Below are positions 37,995-50,079 of a DNA stretch of 64,000 nt, piece by piece. The DNA lies in the NCBI GenBank assembly GCA_965235115.1, contig OZ249436.1, positions 52,888,001 to 52,952,000 on the forward strand, given 5' to 3'. A program made the translations under genes and the position numbers. How positions within the stretch are numbered: the stretch's first letter is position 1; each line of letters opens with the position of its first letter. A model generated the notes under the pieces. It searched no databases and was not told where the DNA came from. It worked only from the letters and a program-made list of their open reading frames with translations. The stretch is from Laetmonice hystrix. Its lineage: Eukaryota.

Positions 37995-39560
37995 CATGTG
38001 TGGCCTGATTACATGATGTTGTCAGACTAACCCTATAATAGTCAGTGTCTTACTTACTCCGGCACAATGAGCATCCATGTGTGGCCTGATTACATGATGT
38101 TGTCAGACTAACCCTATAATAGTTAGTGTCTTACTTACTCCGGCACAATGAGCATCCATGTGTGGCCTGATTACATGATGTTGTCAGACTAACCCTATAA
38201 TAGTTAGTGTCTTACTTACTCCGGCACAATGAGCATCCATGTGTGGCCTGATTACATGATGTTGTCAGACTAACCCTATAATAGTTAGTGTCTTACTTAC
38301 TCCGGCACAATGAGCATCCATGTGTGGCCTGATTACATTATGTTTTCTGGCACAATGAGCATCCATGTGTGGCCTGATTACATGATGTTGTCTGGCACAA
38401 TGAGCATCCATTTGTGGCCTGATTACATTATGTTGTCACACTAACCCTATACGTGTAATAGTTAAGTGTCTTACTTACTCCGGCACAATGAGCATCCATG
38501 TGTTGCCTGATTACATGATGTTGTCCGGCACAATGAGCATCCATGTGTGGCCTGATTACATGATGTTGTCAGACCAACCCTATAATAGTTAGTGTCTTAC
38601 TTACTCCGGCACAATGAGCATCCATGTGTGGCCTGATTACATGATGTTGTCAGACTAACCCTATAATAGTTAGTGTCTTACTTACTCCGGCACAATGAGC
38701 ATCCATGTGTGGCCTGATTACATGATGTTGTCAGACCAACCCTATAATAGTTAGTGTCTTACTTACTCCGGCACAATGAGCATCCATGTGTGGCCTGATT
38801 ACATGATGTTGTCAGACTAACCCTATAATAGTTAGTGTCTTACTTACTCCCGCACAATGAGCATCCATGTGTGGCCTGATTACATGATGTTGTCAGACCA
38901 ACCCTATAATAGTTAGTGTCTTACTTACTCCGGCACAATGAGCATCCATGTGTGGCCTGATTACATGATGTTGTCACACGAACCCTATAATAGTTAGTGT
39001 CTTACTTACTCCGGCACAATGAGCATCCATGTGTGGCCTGATTACATGATGTTGTCAGACTAACCCTATAATAGTTAGTGTCTTACTTACTCCGGCACAA
39101 TGAGCATCCATGTGTGGCCTGATTACATGATGTTGTCAGACTAACCCTATAATAGTTAGTGTCTTACTTACTCCGGCACAATGAGCATCCATGTGTGGCC
39201 TGATTACATGATGTTGTCACACTAACCCTATAATAGTTAGTGTCTTACTTACTCCGGCACAATGAGCATCCATGTGTGGCCTGATTACATGATGTCACAC
39301 TAATGTGTGGCCTGATTACATGATGTTGTCTGGCACAATGAGCATCCATGTGTGGCCTGATTACATGATGTTGTCACACTAACCCTATAATAGTTAGTGT
39401 TTTACTTACTCCGGCACAATGAACATCTATGTGTGGCCTGATTACATGATGTTGTCTGGCACAATGAGCATCCATGTGTGGCCTGATTACATGATGTTGT
39501 CAGACTAACCCTATAATAGTTAGTGTCTTACTTACTCCGGCACAATGAGCATCCATGTGT
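37995..39560. repeat. Minisatellite, 81 bp unit, ~20 copies including ~45-bp deleted units (right part of the split array)
   Basis: Same unit as 37145-37554. Confidence 0.97.
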
Positions 39561-42500
39561 CATGTCGCCCACGACATGACCTAATTTCATTCTTTCATTC
39601 AGATGAATGTACAAAGGTGACTGTTCACCCGTCAGGGTCTCCAGGACGTCCCCGCAGAACGGACCTTCGTGTGCTAGACAAGAAAAAGAAACTGATGGGG
39701 GCAGCGTACCCCCTGCCCCCTCCCCTCCCCATCTACCAGTGGACCAAGCAGGGTCACAGTTAATTGTTGCTATAATGGGAGAATCCCGCTCGTGTGTTTT
39801 TATCATTATGGATGTCTACAACTGATAGTAAAATAACGACATAATGCTAGCTGATATTTAACATGGAAACATCTATTATAACCAATATAAGAGCATACCG
39901 GCTTCCACAATTATACTTTATTGCTATGTTTGGGGATTTCTTGTTGAGTAAACTATAGGTTTCCTTGGTTCTTTGATCTGATAAATACGAATGTAAGTGG
40001 CGTGAAAGCTTTTGATCTGGTCCAGCCTTCACTATTTTCACGGACTTTCTTTTAATAACTTTATTCTAATAGATTGAACACACCCTGAGCTATAGTATGT
40101 GCTACTTATTCTCTTATGTCCCTGAAATAACAACCTCCCATCTAAAAAAAGTACCATGATTCCTGCTTGAACGGAAATATGCATCGAGGCCGAAGCTGCA
40201 GACATTCTTTTTTACTCATGTGAGGCGTTTTTAGGCAATTAGATGTCGGCACAAACTAATGTGGACCAATGTTAATAATATTTTGCGACAGCTCGTTTTT
40301 AGGTATTTTAGGGCACTGGGAATTGCGACTCTACATTTTCACCATGAATATGTACACGTTCGACCCATGTGGCCAGAATTAATCCATCCCAAATGCACTG
40401 GCATCAGGTTTAACGAGACAGGCTTTTGACAATTTTTCCAATAAATGTAATTTACCTGAGTTTGCTGGACATTAATATGTCAGCAAGATTTCCATCTCTT
40501 TTGTAGCCAATGATCGAGTAGCTCGTCCCTGTCTGGGAAATACATGTAGTAGGTTTTCATATACGTTTTCCTTCCTGAAGTAGCTGCTTGAACTGCAGTT
40601 CCCTACTGTAAGGGGTCGTGAGCGTTAGACTCTCCCCTGATGCTGGTTTGATATTCAATCATAATTCCCTACAGTTGATATTCATTCCCTCCGGTTCCTT
40701 TGTTTTACGTCTATCTTTTCCCCCCGTTTACCCGTGTTTTTATCCCCTGAACGTTGGCCAAGAGATTCCCAGTAGGGTAGACCACCATGTGTTCCCCAAC
40801 TGAATGATCTGAATATGCATACGTACGACCCATATGTATGTAACATACCCAGGTCTATCATTCCTCCTGGATACTGGCTTTGTTATATTGGAAATTGATT
40901 CAGAGAAATGTTACTTTGAATCTCCACTCCAAAGCGCGGTTGTGGCCGACCGTGAAAGGCTGGACCAGTTCAGGCGAGTGTCTCTCATGGAAGGTCCAAA
41001 CCTTGCCACCAGTGCTCTCGACTGAATTATAAAAGGCCGGCCGTTTAATATGTTGTATATGTAGAAGAATCATTGCCATTCATTGAAAAAGAGTAGGGTG
41101 TTGTCCCGGTGTGAGGGTTTCCTCCTGCCATCCTCATCACCAACCGAACAGGACGTAAAAAACACCAATTTACCCGCCCACCCATCCATCCCCTCATCAG
41201 TGATATTATCAGCCTGTAGGACTTGAGATGGTAATCATAGCTCAATCCCCAACACCCTCCCTCCTCACAGTGAACCGAGGTAAGTGAATATAGCAAATAA
41301 ACCGCAAACTTTTGTATCCAATCGATCATGGGGTTAGCATACGGTGACTTTAGCAGTTAGCGACAACTGGATAAAAAATTCATCGTGACACACACACACA
41401 CCCCTACACCCTCCTCCCCGCCGTCTTTCACCGTACCACCCACATTAGTTCCCCGGGTTTATCTGATCAAGTTTCACGTTGTGAACTAGGCGCTTTCACT
41501 CTATGATCATACAAAAAGCACTTTACTCCTGAGTTGAGATTCGTTCTGTGGGTCAAATGGAGAAGGACGTGGGAAGGGTATTGTATCTATCAAACATTCA
41601 TAGCTTTACTCGCGCCGCGAGTTCAATCAAGAGGTACACGTAGTCAGAGCCTCAGTCCTGTGTACAGTGCTACATATAGCCACGTGTCTGCCGCATACGC
41701 TGTGGGCCCCGGGTGTTGAGGATGGGGGTTCATGCGGCAGAACTCGGAGTACGTTTCCTCTGTGGCTGGTGGTATTGGTTGGGTTTGACCCCAGGCGGGG
41801 AGATGTATCTCCTGCTGCTATGGAAACACACAGTTATCATCATATAGCATTACTACTACACAGTTGCCTGTAACTGGGTGTAGCGGCGTGGGGGTAGGGT
41901 TGGGGTGCACGGCCGGGGCCATGCGGCCACCCGCTGGGGTTTTACCCCGGGTAGCAGAGCACAAAGCACACCAGCTGCGGGCCCCCTCCCTCTCCAATAT
42001 GGCCGTACTCTTTCATACCGACATCTACTATATATGTCAAAATACCCTAGTATCAATGTACAGAATATCGACCCCCCCCCCCCACCTTAAAAAAAGTTTC
42101 CATCTGGCTTACTCCACATTAGCCACCTTAGTCTGTGGTATAGGCCTACCACGTAACACTACCACGTAACACTACCGCATAACACACACATACAACGTCC
42201 ACGAGCGTTACCACCGCCTGCAGTGACACAGTGTCACATGGCAACCATACCTCTCCCTTCTCTCATCGCTCTACTTTCCTAACAACAATGTCACTCTCGC
42301 TCACCTTGGTTGGCAGTCTCTGTGAGGTCAGAATCAGGATAAAGGTGTCCGCCTGTGTTTTACAGTCCGTGCTGTGTGAAGGAGGTCTGTAGGTAAGTCT
42401 CGCCGCCGGCTCTGTAAAGCCGGGCTCCCGCTTCTCCAGCGCCACACACTGAGAACTGCCACCGACTGCAACTCTACCCTCTCTCCTCCTCCAGCCACAG

Positions 42501-44472
42501 CCAGCTGCCAGCCTCCCCTCCATCCCACAGGGTCATAACTAGGTCAAAGGTCGGATCTCGCCAAAGCAGCCAGGTCACCGCCATGATAAACATGGCCAAC
42601 ACATGGCTGTGTGCGGCTTGGGTAGTATAAGCCGCCAGGATCCTGTTGTAATTCTGAAGTGGGTTTTATGAATGAATTTCGCCACAGACAACTTACTGTG
42701 AACAAGGCAGGTTTCCGTATTCTCCGTCTATTTGATATGATGCTGGAGGTCTGTACCTACTGGTCTACACAGTCACACATACACATACTGTGACATAGCT
42801 AGATTCTGCTAGAACACTCAGACAATGTGACCTCAATTAAACCTTAAAAAGAGTTCTCTCAGCAGAGAAATCGGCTCTCAGACAAAGACAAGAAAGAGAG
42901 AAAGTTTTCCTGGGCCAGAGTCCCCTGGATGAATGATCACCTTTGTTTGCCAATAGATCACTAGCACGACAGCTGAACTCCTATCCAACCCAAATAACTC
43001 GGCCGGTCTTTCCATGTGGGGAAATAAGAGCAGCAGCAACCACCATGTTCCGTGACACCTGATTACTTAGGACCCTACGTTCACCGACTTGAATATCCCA
43101 AGTTTGAGTAAAATGAGTAAGGGTTTTCGACAAATTCTGGGGGCAGGCATGTTGATCTTGGGGAAGATAGCCTTGAAACACTTACTACTTTCGCTTCTTC
43201 CGTATCTATCGGAAATGGCTGCATACTTACCGCAAAATCCTGGGGTCATAAGATAAATAACCTACAAGTCTCAAGTTTATAAACTTGATTCCTGAGACAT
43301 GTCAGCATGTAATATGGAACGTCCAACAGTAAGCCCAAACTCTCGCATTATCTGGTAACCATGGAAACCAATAAAACCGGGTGCTTTGGCTTGTTTTGTG
43401 AGACATTTCAGTAACAATAGTAACCAGTGTATTGAGGCATTCTTTCGGTTGTTGCATGTCCTGTGGCTGCCACATTTCTTTGACCCGGAACACTGTTTTT
43501 CTTGTTGCTAAAATTTTAATTAAATGAACGGTCATTACGTTTTACTCATGGGCTAATCTGGAGGAAATCTAGTTTGGTAATGGTATTTTTTTTTAAATCT
43601 ACGAGCCCTGTTTAAAAAATGAGGCTTAGATCTTCTTTGTTTAAATCTTAATTACTTTTTATATACATAGATAGTACCGGGTATTTCATTTCGCAGAATA
43701 GGCCTACATGTATTTCTTCGAGCCCTGCACCCCACTTCCGTTCATGTATGACGGCGCCTTTGATCAAATAAATCTAATCCCAGCCAGTTTCAGTTTTTTT
43801 TAAAGTAAATTGTGCTTGTCAAAAGCCAGCCCACACGCCTACATAACAGGTACTGAAGCTGATTGACTTATTGGCGGATGTTAAACAGTACGTTAGCATC
43901 TAATGGTCATTTTACGGCAGAGGTACAGTTAACGCCATGTCCGTAACTAAGGTCATCTTCATAAAACGGTGGGCACAGCTTGTCACTGCGACAGAAGGCA
44001 AGACCGGCTCCTAAACCACCATTATCCATTAACATGGTCCACCTGCGAGAAACCACCACCGATTACACCTGCGAGAAAAACCTTTCAAAGTTATCTTCCT
44101 ATCAAATTCAACGTAGAAGCCTAAATGATGGGGATCGCAAAAACTATGGGCATTGAACGTGAAGTAATGAAATACGATCACCGATCTGGTTACGAGTTAT
44201 CACACAAAGACCCACACTGGTTTATACCAGTTAGGATGCAGGTCTCGAGGAATGTTAAACAAAACTGCAGCAAGAATCAGCGTGTTATACGCAGCATTGT
44301 CAAGGGATGGACATTGGGGTTCTATTCAGTCACCTAGCCTGAAGAGGGCCTGCATTTTAACGCATCTAAGTAACTCTTGGCCATCTTACTCCTAAAAAAT
44401 TCAATAAATTTATTCTCGCCCTACCATCTGACTGGTTAATTTTCCTATCCATCTGTAAGATCCTTGCTGCAA

Positions 44473-44512
44473 GTTGGTGGTTTTTACCGGGCACATCAGT
44501 TGCCTTCACCAG
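44473..44512 (+). mobile_element. SINE central-domain fragment (V-domain-like); related fragments at ~16790, ~36780 and ~46545
   Basis: GGTGGTTTTTACCGGGCACATCAGTTGCCTTCACCA resembles the GGTTTTCTCCGGGTACTCCGGTTTCCTCCCAC core of V-domain SINEs. Confidence 0.4.
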
Positions 44513-44554
44513 TATCCCCAGCTGCTCCCTCTCAATCGAATATGAGACCCATCA

Positions 44555-44604
44555 TTTAGGAAATTTAGGGGGACATATGTAATATGTCCCCTAAATTTCC
44601 TAAA
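44555..44604. repeat. Near-perfect 50-bp palindrome
   Basis: TTTAGGAAATTTAGGGGGACATAT-GTA-ATATGTCCCCTAAATTTCCTAAA (one G/C indel). Confidence 0.9.
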
Positions 44605-45235
44605 ATCCGAGAACTCTCCAGGCTCTCCATCCCAGTGGACCCTTCATTGAATCTGCTCCAAGTTACGATTCCCGATATACCCATCCTCTTGAAAATCCGA
44701 GAATATTACAAGCTCTCTGATACTTTATCGGTATTAAAATTTAATCAAGCACATTATTATTGTGCTACTTAATTCGGTACGAAGCAATCAATGTTAATAT
44801 TTAGCTGGTACCTAATTTAAATTTCTTTCACACTACATGTAAGGAATTTAATTAAACAACATATCTCTAATGGCAATCAATGCTTAATGTTCATTAAAAT
44901 AAGCCTTCGGAAAAGCCAGGATCATTGTTGGGTAATAGAATTATGGCTGAAAATGTTTAAAAGCAAAAATAGTCGTTGGGGATTTAAGATTGATCACTTC
45001 TGTTTTATGAAAAAGCACTCGGTAAATCAACACATACACCCTCCAGGCTAAAGACACGTTTGCCCCTTTCGAGTTTGATAGAACAAAGCTATTAAAATAT
45101 AAAACTTTCACGGTCCTTTAGAAGACTTTCGCCCTTTTTTTTAATACAACCACACATACCGGGGTAACCAGTTGGTGGTCTGGTTTGAAGCCTCTTGCTC
45201 CCCAAAACTTTTACACTATGTTAACTGGACTTTGC

Positions 45236-45625
45236 CATTCGGCACTCATTAAGGTTAGGTGGACTCACATTCACAGCCTACCAAACCCATCGGCCCTCAT
45301 CAAGGTTAGGTGGACTCACAGTCACAGCCTACCAAACCCATCGGCCCTCATCAAGGTTAGGTGGACTCACAGTCACAGCCTACCAAACCCATCGGCCCTC
45401 ATCAAGGTTAGGTGGACTCACAGTCACAGCCTACCAAACCCATCGGCCCTCATCAAGGTTAGGTGGACTCACAGTCACAGCCTACCAAACCCATCGGCCC
45501 TCATCAAGGTTAGGTGGACTCACAGTCACAGCCTACCAAACCCATCGGCCCTCATCAAGGTTAGGTGGACTCACAGTCACAGCCTACCAAACCTGTCGGC
45601 CCTCATCAAGGTTAGGTGGACTCAT
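45236..45625. repeat. Minisatellite, 51 bp unit, ~7.5 copies
   Basis: Unit CATCGGCCCTCATCAAGGTTAGGTGGACTCACAGTCACAGCCTACCAAACC. Confidence 0.97.
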
Positions 45626-46608
45626 GTGCCGTTGCCTGTGTATAGTATCACAAATAATTTGTCACGTTAAAGATGTTGGAGCTGAAATTAATTTGTTCCA
45701 ATATTTGTGTTCCAATTTCCGAGGTTTCCAACAATATCTTGTTGTCAGCTAGGTTTATACTTCTAGTTTCAAATAATATTTTATAATAATCTTGAGATGA
45801 AACATATATATATCAGCCCTATCCTTTTATTGCCCCCCCCCCCCCCCGCACCCAAAGATAAGGCCTGAAGCCTATTTGTAGAGATGTCTGTCTGAGAATT
45901 ATGACCCAGAGAGTGTGTGATTGTGATAGTACTAGTATCTCTGATCACGTCGGATGAAAGAAAGCCGACGATTGTCACGTGACATGTTGTGTACCCACGT
46001 CACCCCACGGTATATTTATGTAGAATATATAATTTCCTTCATATATATTCTTCTGTTCTGTGACATACTGTACTGTAACTGTGGTTACTCGCACACATGG
46101 TAGTCAACATTTGCTGGGACTATTTTGTATTATTTTGTGTATATCTGTTTAAACCATAATTGCACTGTGTGAACTTTCAATTTGGGGTATGGTGGGATAA
46201 AACTCCGGATCCAATGACAGTCAAGTCAGGCAGAAAGTCTGCACTTGGCAGACAACATCCCGATAATGAACTTCAACGCGGTTGTTACTCAGAACTGCTT
46301 TTTTACTGTAACTGATCATATACTGTAAAACATTATCCCCAGTCTAGACTAAATAGGAATATAGCATAATAATATGTCAGACGTGATGCTGATGCCGACT
46401 GATGGGCGTTATTACTCAATGTTCTGTTACAGGCAACATCCTCCTATAATAAGGTTACCCGAGACGATAAATAGAGTTACGCTTTCAGGTCATCTCACCG
46501 CAGACAGTGGCTCAGTGCTTATCAGTTACTTGCTGCGGGGTTGCTTGGTTTCTTTGGATACACCGGTTTCCTTCACAAGTCCTGGTATTCTGTAATGTCC
46601 TCCTCTTA

Positions 46609-47756
46609 TTGTAATCCGCAGAGTGCCATGCTGACCATCCTGGCACTGGACGGGGTCATGGACGCTGACCACCCGGGGTGACTCCGGTTCCCGTCCGGGA
46701 CGCCTCCACATATCCCAATCAGACTTATATAACCTTGTAATCCGCAGAGTGCCATGCTGACCATCCTGACACTGGACGGGGTCCTGGACGCTGACCACCC
46801 GGGGTGACTCCCGGTTTCTGGTCCTGGACGCCTCCACACATCCCAGTCCGACTTATAACCTTGTAATCGGCAGAGTGCCATGCTGGCCATCCTGACACTA
46901 CTGTGGGTAATCCTATAACCTTGTAATCCACAGACTGTCATGCTGACCATCCTGACACTACTGTGGGTAATCCTATAACCTTGTAATCCGCAGAGTGTCA
47001 TGCTGGCCATCCTGACACTACTGTGGGTAATCCTATAACCTTGTAATCCACAGACTGCCATGCTGGCCATCCTGACACTACTGTGGGTAATCCTATAACC
47101 TTGTAATCCACAGACTGTCATGCTGGCCATCCTGACACTACTGTGGGTAATCCTATAACCTTGTAATCCACAGACTGTCATGCTGGCCATCCTGACACTA
47201 CTGTGGGTAATCCTATAACCTTGTAATCCGCAGAGATCCATGCTGGCCATCCTGACACTACTGTGGATAATCCTATAACCTTGTAATCCGCAGAGATCCA
47301 TGCTGGCCATCCTGACACTACTGTGGGTAATCCTATAACCTTGTAATCCACAGACTGCCATGCTGGCCATCCTGACACTACTGTGGGTAATCCTATAACC
47401 TTGTAATCCACAGACTGCCATGCTGGCCATCCTGACACTACTGTGGGTAATCCTATAACCTTGTAATCCACAGACTGTCATGCTGGCCATCCTGACACTA
47501 CTGTGGGTAATCCTATAACCTTGTAATCCACAGACTGTCATGCTGGCCATCCTGACACTACTGTGGGTAATCCTATAACCTTGTAATCCGCAGAGATCCA
47601 TGCTGGCCATCCTGACACTACTGTGGATAATCCTATAACCTTGTAATCCGCAGAGATCCATGCTGGCCATCCTGACACTACTGTGGGTAATCCTATAACC
47701 TTGTAATCCGCAGAGTGCCATGCTGGCCATCCTGACACTACTGTGGGTAATCCTAT
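46609..47756. repeat. Compound minisatellite: two 126-bp units then fifteen 60-bp units
   Basis: 126-bp units at 46609 and 46735; 60-bp units from 46861. All share TTGTAATCCGCAGAGTGCCATGCTGRCCATCCTGACACT-like sequence. Confidence 0.97.
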
Positions 47757-49723
47757 TATCTAATGACCACCAGTTCATGTACAGATCCTCATGTACAACC
47801 TTTCCCCATGTCTTGTCTCTAATTTTAAACGGACCAATCACCCGCCCTGCCTTGCCTCGGCATGTTAGAGTCTATATATTCATATCCCTATGGGTTCGGT
47901 AATGTACTCTCCTATCCCTTCACTTACCAAAGGCGGGTTCTATATACAATGTGAATTTAGATATAATTCCATTGAGATAATAGTAGAAGTTAGACCTCCA
48001 TGAATGGGCCTTTTGTTGGCATTCCGAGCCAGAGCCTATAGTGTTATTACCGTCATCATTCCACGCTCTTATCACGCTTATAACATAAACAGAACATGCC
48101 TTTTTATTTACTTCGTACATCCCCATTATCCATGGACTATCATTTGTACTGGCTCAGTCTGATCAGCAATCATCTAAAATGGATGAGTTAAAATTAAAAA
48201 AAAAAGAGATTAGATGAATGTGACATATCTGATGTTTGTGAGAGCTTACCGATACTGAAGTTATTTATCGTATTTTTTAATTTTGTCATTTGGAACGCGG
48301 AAAAGTCCGACTTTATATACATGTTACACATATACTTGTAAAGCAGATATGCGGAATGAATTGGATTTTTCTTGTTTGTTATTTACCGTGCAGTCGTGGA
48401 CTGAAAGCCCCAAAGGTATCGAATTCCCACACTACCTAGTATTGCTACCAAGTACTCTACAACAAGCCCGGCAGGCCCGGCAGAACTACAATAAAAACAT
48501 CAGTAAATGGTGGACCGGGATTAGATATTCAGGATTCTGCTGGAATACCTTCACATGGAGAGGTGAATATAAATCGTATACTGAATCGTTAACGATGGTT
48601 GACTGATACTGTTCTCTCCGCAGGATGCAGCAGTACAAAACCATGAAGGAGTAGACTTGGTTTACCCAGTTTACCTCACAGTGCCGGGATTTCTGTTTGA
48701 TGTCAGCCTAGTGACATCTAGTGAACATAAGCTTATGTATGTCACGAGTACCTAACCCACACATTACTGAGTCTAACTCATGAGCCAGTCATAGTTGGTC
48801 AATTGTACTGCTAATGTAAGTTTTTTCTTAAAAGTATATAAAATAATGGCTGGTACCTGGCTAGAACTGTTTTTTTTTAATCGCCCGCCCTAATGACGTT
48901 CAGAGCAATGTTATCAGGACTTTAGAAGCGTCTAATTGTTCAGCCTGACAGCAATCCCAAACTATCCGCGGCAATACGAGTGGTATGACGAGAAACATGC
49001 AATTGGCGTCTGTCAGATACCTTACTTCAATGTCTTATTAAGATCCTCTTGAGAACCCCACAGGGACTAGAGCATATCGCAGCGGCACTTGGCTGTCCTG
49101 CTCCTAAAAGGGGCAACTTACAACATTCTGTGCTCGCAGGACATTAAAGCCAAGGCAACTTTGAGTTCAGCCAATTAAAGACCCGGCTGCTGGCTAATAA
49201 AGCCACTCTAATGCCCTCATCTGTCAGCGCGCTATCTATGATTACGGCACTCTCTGAAAGAGTTCCCCTGCCACGATTTGTGAAGGGCCTTATTTTACTG
49301 AAGACGCATCAATTTTTCCCCGGCGTCCCCGCCATAGTTTGTGGCGTCTCCTACATTTAGCAGACCCGCTCCTACTCCCTGCTGCCACGCCTGCCGTAAT
49401 CATCGGCCCCTGAACCAAGCCTTGGCCGGCTCTCCGTATTGTGAAAACTCTATGTAGTGATAGCATAAATCTCAGGCTTACTTTTAGCTTCTGCATAAAT
49501 GTGGTGATGAGAAACAGGCACTCTATCTTTTACCGCTCTCCCAGGAAATCCTTGTCTCGTTTTTAAAAATCTTCAATACAAAAACCCTAAAAGGAAATTT
49601 CCTCAGACAGAGTGCCTAGATGTTATAATGTAAGCCGTGTAGGACGTATACTAAAACCAGATTAAAGGAATCAAAAAAGGTATGGGAATTTAGAGAAGGA
49701 ATCTTCTATCTGTACGCCACAAT

Positions 49724-50079
49724 CCATTAACAGAGATCTGCTCTCTGCATATAGAAAACAAGAGGGATGAAGAGAATGTTGCTGCGGTTGAGCGAGGTGC
49801 CCATTAACAGAGATCTGCTCTCTGCATATAGAAAACAAGAGGGATGTAGAGAGTGCTGCTCCGGGTGAGCGAGGTGCCCATTAACAGAGATCTACTCTCT
49901 GCTTATAGAAAAACAAGAGGGATGAAGAGAATGCTGCTCCAGGTGAGCGAGGTGCCCATTAACAGAGATCTACTCTCTGCTTATAGAAAACAAGCGGGAT
50001 GTAGAGAATGCTGCTCCAGGTGAGCGAGGTGCCCATTAACAGAGATCTGCTATCTAGTTATAGAAAATCAGAGGGATGT
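49724..50079. repeat. Minisatellite, ~77 bp unit, ~4.5 copies
   Basis: Unit CCATTAACAGAGATCTGCTCTCTGCATATAGAAAACAAGAGGGATGAAGAGAATGCTGCTCCAGGTGAGCGAGGTGC. Confidence 0.95.

Noticed and set aside
43067..43249. Possible mariner-type HTH fragment
   Set aside because: The resemblance is limited to a few scattered residues and is too weak to call.
44336..44370. Hammerhead ribozyme core (CTGAAGAG; also the CTGATGA sites elsewhere)
   Set aside because: No stem II followed by GAAA at this or the other sites I inspected by eye; an Infernal scan would be needed to exclude it fully.
46606..47841. 411-aa repetitive ORF
   Set aside because: It is the translation of the 60-bp minisatellite, with no domain or splice support.
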